From Candidatus Saccharimonadota bacterium (GTDB lineage Bacteria; Pseudomonadota; Gammaproteobacteria; Enterobacterales; Enterobacteriaceae): a stretch of 32,000 bases of DNA. The stretch is from contig NC_014909.2 in assembly GCF_000185985.2 (NCBI RefSeq), positions 690,586-722,585 on the forward strand. The letters are read 5' to 3'. The first letter of the stretch is position 1. Each line of letters starts with the position of its first letter. A program made the translations under genes and the position numbers. This document shows, piece by piece, positions 28,031 to 32,000 of the stretch. The notes under the pieces were generated by a model that was given only the letters and a program-made list of their open reading frames with translations, had not been told where the DNA came from and ran no database searches.

Positions 28031-29707
28031 TTATGGACGAGTCCAAAATTTATAGCGATTAATTAATCCGTTTGTAGAACTATCATAGTAAGAAATATTA
28101 TTAGTATGTTGTAATTTTAAATAAATAGAATCAGCCAGTTTTTTTCCTAATTCTACGCCCCATTGATCAAAAGAATAGATATTAAAAATTATTCCTTGGG
28201 TGAAGATTTTATGTTCGTATAGAGCGATGAGAGCTCCTAAAGTATAAGGAGTAATTTTTTTAATTAAAATGGAATTACTTGGATTATTTCCTGGAAGTAT
28301 TTTAAATGGCGCTGAATTAAAATTTATGTTTTCTTCGTAAGGAGTTTTTGAGTTAGTTGTTTCATATTCTTGTTGGATTTCTGAAATGTTTTTACCAAAA
28401 GCTAATACTTTAGTTTGGGCTAAGAAATTTGCAATTAATTTTTCATGATGGTCATGAATAGGATGATGACTGATAGTTGGAGCAATGAAATCGCATGGAA
28501 TCATTTTAGTTCCTTGATGTAGTAATTGATAAAAAGAATGTTGTCCGTTAGTTCCTGGTTCGCCCCATATTATTGACCCAGTTTGGTAATTAATAGGATG
28601 ACCATTGCGATCTATGCTTTTCCCATTAGATTCCATATTACTTTGTTGTAAGTATGCTGGAAAACGGTGCATGTATTGATCATAAGGAAAAATTGCTTCA
28701 GTTTCCGTTAAAAAGAAATTATTATACCAAATTCCAATAAGTGCTAAAATTACTGGTAAATTTTCATTTAAAGGAGTATTTTGAAAGTGTAAATCCATTG
28801 CATATGCTCCATTTAATAATAATTCAAAATTATCAGAGCCTAACGATAACATAATCGGTAATCCAATAGATGACCATAATGAGAATCGACCTCCTACCCA
28901 GTCCCATAATTCGAACATATTTGTGATTGGGTTAATACCAAATTTTTTTACAGCTTCAGAGTTCGCAGATAATGCTATAAAATGTTTAGATATATGTTTA
29001 AGGTTACGATTTGTAGTTGTTTTTGAAAAAAACCAATTTCGAGCACTGCATGCATTAGTCATAGTTTCTTGTGTAGTAAAAGTTTTTGATGCTATTATAA
29101 ATAATGTCGTTTCTGGATTGATTCGATTTAATGTTTCAAAAATATGAGTACCATCTATATTAGATATAAAATGTATGTTTAAATGGTTTTTATACGGTAT
29201 TAACGTTTCAGTAACCATATATGGACCTAAATGTGATCCTCCAATCCCAATACTAACTATATCTGTAATGTTTTTATTTGTGTATCCTTTCCATTTACCT
29301 TGGATCACATCTTGACAAAATTTTTTCATATTTTCTAGTACTTTATTAATTTGAGGCATTACATCTTGTTTATCTACTACAATAGGTATGTTTTGTCTAT
29401 TTCTTAACGCTACGTGTAGAACAGATTTATTTTCGATGCGATTGATTTTTTCTCCTCGAAACATTGCTGAAATAGCTTCATTTAATTCACATTCTTTAGC
29501 TAGTTTTATTAATTTATTCATTGTTTTATGTGTGATTAAATTTTTAGAATAATCGATTAGAATTTCATTATTAAATGTTTTAGAAAAATGTTTAAATCTA
29601 TCTGTATCTTGTCTAAATAAATCAATAATATGTATTTTTTTCATTTGATTAAAATGTCGTTTTAAAGATTTCCATGCTTTTGTGTGGCTGGGATTGATAT
29701 TTTTCAT
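28031..29707 (-). CDS. pgi: Glucose-6-phosphate isomerase
   Basis: The ORF is colinear with E. coli Pgi (549 aa). Matching segments are [111 protein letters not shown] and [10 protein letters not shown]. The track ORF starts at a TTG (29725). The homologous start is the ATG at 29707. Confidence 0.96.
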   Translation of the reverse strand: MKNINPSHTKAWKSLKRHFNQMKKIHIIDLFRQDTDRFKHFSKTFNNEILIDYSKNLITHKTMNKLIKLAKECELNEAISAMFRGEKINRIENKSVLHVALRNRQNIPIVVDKQDVMPQINKVLENMKKFCQDVIQGKWKGYTNKNITDIVSIGIGGSHLGPYMVTETLIPYKNHLNIHFISNIDGTHIFETLNRINPETTLFIIASKTFTTQETMTNACSARNWFFSKTTTNRNLKHISKHFIALSANSEAVKKFGINPITNMFELWDWVGGRFSLWSSIGLPIMLSLGSDNFELLLNGAYAMDLHFQNTPLNENLPVILALIGIWYNNFFLTETEAIFPYDQYMHRFPAYLQQSNMESNGKSIDRNGHPINYQTGSIIWGEPGTNGQHSFYQLLHQGTKMIPCDFIAPTISHHPIHDHHEKLIANFLAQTKVLAFGKNISEIQQEYETTNSKTPYEENINFNSAPFKILPGNNPSNSILIKKITPYTLGALIALYEHKIFTQGIIFNIYSFDQWGVELGKKLADSIYLKLQHTNNISYYDSSTNGLINRYKFWTRP

Positions 29708-30013
29708 AATTTTAAATTGATCCAATATGGCTTAGAGTGTTTAATCTAAATAATTTAGCAGACTATATCATTTTTTTAGTTAACGTCAATGTTGGATTCA
29801 TATGAATTAGTTATAAGAATTTTTGTATCGTAAAATTGATAGAATAAATAGTAATAGGATCGATCGTTTCAATGACTTAATAAAAAATAATATTTTGTAT
29901 GTGATGTTAAATAATATGATTTATATAGTTGCAATATATGATAAGATATTTTGATAATACTTGATGGATATGCATAATTATTATGTATATCATGTGTTTT
30001 GTGTGATGGTAGA

Positions 30014-30961
30014 TTATACTGAGTTGTTGCTAGTGTTTGAATTATTGAAGTTTTTTGATAAATTATTATGAGAATTGCGGTGTACATAATAATTAATCCA
30101 ATTGTTAAATAGTAAATGTGCATGGCTTCTCCAGGTTATTTTAGGAATTAAATTAGAATTATTTTTAGGAAAATAATGGTCTGGTAGACTTGGGTGTAAT
30201 CCTAAAATTAAATCTCTATGGTATTCTTGAGATAAGGTATGTGCATCATATTCTGGATGTCCAGTAACAAATATTAATTGATTATTTCGGCTAATTAATA
30301 AATATACTCCGGCATCGTCAGATTCTGCTAAGATCTCTAAATCTGTATCTTGATAAATTAAATCTTTAGGAAAATATGAAAAACGTGAATGAGGCACTGA
30401 AAATATTTCATCAAATCCTTGAGTTAATAGTGAATTAGATTTTGTAATTCTATGTTTATAAATTCCTACTAATTTTTTTTTTCTAACAAATTTTGGTAAA
30501 TTATACAATATTTTTAAAGCTGCTTGTACTGACCAGCAAATAAATAATATCGATGTGATGTGTTGTTTTGCCCAATTGCATAATTGTTTTAATTTAGGCC
30601 AAAAAGTTACATTGCTAAATTCAATAAGTCCTAATGGAGCTCCAGTGATAATTAACCCATCAAAATACTGGTTTTGAATATCAGAGAATGTACAGTAAAA
30701 ATTATTTAAGTGCTCAATGGATGTGTTTTTAGAAATATGTTCATCGATTCTTAATAATTGTACATCAATTTGTAAAGGAGAGTGTGCTAATAGTCGTAGA
30801 AATTGATTTTCTGAATCGATTTTTTTTGGCATTAAATTAAGTATTAAAATTTTTAAAACACTAGGGATTTTAAAAATATCTTTTGTTTTCTTCAGTATGT
30901 GAATATTTTCTTTTTTCAAAAATTTAATAGCGGGTAATTCGTCTGATACTCGAACTGGCAT
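30014..30961 (-). CDS. metA: Homoserine O-succinyltransferase
   Basis: The ORF is colinear with E. coli MetA (309 aa). Matching segments are MPVRVSDELPA, ILILNLMPKKI, ENQFLRLL, LLRID, HLNNFYC, FDGLIITGAPLG, VPHSRF, TDLEILAES and FVTGHPEYD. The track ORF starts at a TTG (30979). The homologous start is the ATG at 30961. The C-terminal tail is N/S-rich and a few residues longer than in E. coli. Confidence 0.93.
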   Translation of the reverse strand: MPVRVSDELPAIKFLKKENIHILKKTKDIFKIPSVLKILILNLMPKKIDSENQFLRLLAHSPLQIDVQLLRIDEHISKNTSIEHLNNFYCTFSDIQNQYFDGLIITGAPLGLIEFSNVTFWPKLKQLCNWAKQHITSILFICWSVQAALKILYNLPKFVRKKKLVGIYKHRITKSNSLLTQGFDEIFSVPHSRFSYFPKDLIYQDTDLEILAESDDAGVYLLISRNNQLIFVTGHPEYDAHTLSQEYHRDLILGLHPSLPDHYFPKNNSNLIPKITWRSHAHLLFNNWINYYVHRNSHNNLSKNFNNSNTSNNSV

Positions 30962-31321
30962 AATATTAAGACCTGACAACTCTGTAAGTATTTAATATAG
31001 TTGTGTTTATGTTGATTAGTGTGTAAGTGTTCACATAAATATGTGTTTTATTTATTAATAAAGATCTGTAATAATCGAGCACTAATTCAAATATATTAAT
31101 ATAGAGCGCTAATTTTTATATTATATTAGTACCTAACATATATGTAATTTATGTTTTATTCAATAAAAAATATGATAGTTTTTATATAAAAATGTTTGAT
31201 ATTTGTTTGTTTAATAATATTAATTAAAGTATGTATTGTGTTTTTTTAAAGATTTTTATTTGTGGGGGGGGGTTGAATAATATTATAATGATATACCTTA
31301 TTTTATGTTTATTTATTTATA

Positions 31322-31395
31322 ATAGGCCTGAGTGGATTTGAACCACCGTCCTCACCCTTATCAGGGGTGCGCTCTAACCGCTGAGCTACAAGCCT
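31322..31395 (-). tRNA. ileT-like: tRNA-Ile (anticodon GAU)
   Basis: The reverse complement is aggcttgtagctcagcggttagagcgcacccctgataagggtgaggacggtggttcaaatccactcaggccta. It folds as a cloverleaf with acceptor AGGCTTG/CAGGCCT, D stem GCTC/GAGC, anticodon stem CACCC/GGGTG with loop CTGATAA, and T stem GGTGG/CCACT with loop TTCAAAT. It is near-identical to E. coli tRNA-Ile(GAU). The 3' CCA is not encoded (the discriminator A is followed by TAT). Confidence 0.94.
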
Positions 31396-32000
31396 AATTC
31401 GTAAATTTTAGTTTTGTAAGCAAATTATTCTCTGAAGCAGAGAATTCGGATATGTTTGTTATTATAGTAATATGTCTGGCGCATGGTAATAATTATTATT
31501 TATAATTACAATTTATATTATTAAATACATTATAGCATAACATGCGTGGAATAAGTTCGTTAGATAATTCGTATGATTTTTCTAATTATATATAGAAGAT
31601 GAGCATGATATGTATTTGTTATATATATTATCTTAGTAATAGTTTATTTATTAATGTATTTATACGTAATTAAAGCTTATTTAATTTATCTGCATATATA
31701 TATTTAATAATTTTATCATTGAGATATAGTAATGTTATTAAGGATATTAATTTTGTTTTTAGATGGGATATTTGTTTATAATTGTTATGTTTTATTGTGT
31801 ATACGTATGAAATTTAAATTTCAAATTAGATTTGGTGTTGATGAAAGTATGTTGTGTTTTACAAAAATTTTTTATCATTGATGATGGTAATTATTATTGT
31901 TTTTGATATTTTTTATGTTTCATATATGAATGTAAGTAGTATTGTTGTTTATTAAAATTATTAGTAAAAACAGTAGTTTTTACAATTCGAGGATAGAAAT

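Noticed and set aside
30962-30990. An AGACCTGA...CAACTCTG stretch upstream of metA, considered as MetJ met-boxes (AGACGTCT repeats). I also considered TGAATATTTATTCA (about 26650) as a MetR-like site.
   Set aside because: The first box matches 5 of 8 positions and the second is worse. The MetR-like palindrome has the wrong spacing (N6 rather than N5) and is not near a met gene. No metJ or metR is visible in the window.
1-32000. A search for CRISPR arrays, IS elements or transposases, integrases, phage genes, toxin-antitoxin pairs, restriction-modification or other defence systems, and tandem or dispersed long repeats.
   Set aside because: I found no regularly spaced direct repeats. No ORF shows transposase, integrase or nuclease-NTPase defence-type motifs. 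No long direct repeats were noticed. Every ORF over about 140 aa is accounted for by a housekeeping homolog or the single MarR regulator.

Overview
This is an AT-rich chromosome segment with low coding density, typical of a genome-reduced Enterobacterales-type insect endosymbiont (Blochmannia-like in style; the species cannot be determined from the sequence alone). My hand counts give about 28-30% G+C inside genes and under 10% in parts of the spacers. About 68% of the window is genic by my tally. I can support 21 protein genes and 1 tRNA, all core housekeeping. They are LPS inner-core genes (hldD, waaC, waaA), rpmB-rpmG, dut, yicC, gmk, a truncated rpoZ, polA, dsbA, ubiquinone genes (ubiD, ubiB, ubiE), rmuC, metE, rpoH, rsmD, pgi, metA and tRNA-Ile(GAU). 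The one exception to housekeeping is a lone MarR-family regulator. rpmG and rpoZ are missing from the supplied ORF track and were found by manual translation. Gene order follows E. coli K-12 synteny blocks (recalled from memory). The long ORF-free spacers sit where E. coli carries genes that are absent here (waaF, radC/coaBC, slmA/pyrE/rph, spoT/trmH/recG, tatABCD/rfaH, ubiJ, udp, ftsYEX). I found no CRISPR array, IS or transposase, phage, toxin-antitoxin or recognisable defence genes, and no convincing multi-gene novel system. The items most worth a second look are these. (1) The orphan MarR gene and the unusual DNA flanking it: an ultra-AT homopolymer tract upstream and a perfect 25-bp GC-cored hairpin between it and gmk. 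(2) A full-length PolA whose 3'-5' proofreading carboxylates all appear substituted while the 5'-nuclease and polymerase motifs are intact. (3) Statistically non-random long hairpins in otherwise eroded spacers. (4) A solitary tRNA-Ile that has been removed from any rRNA operon context.
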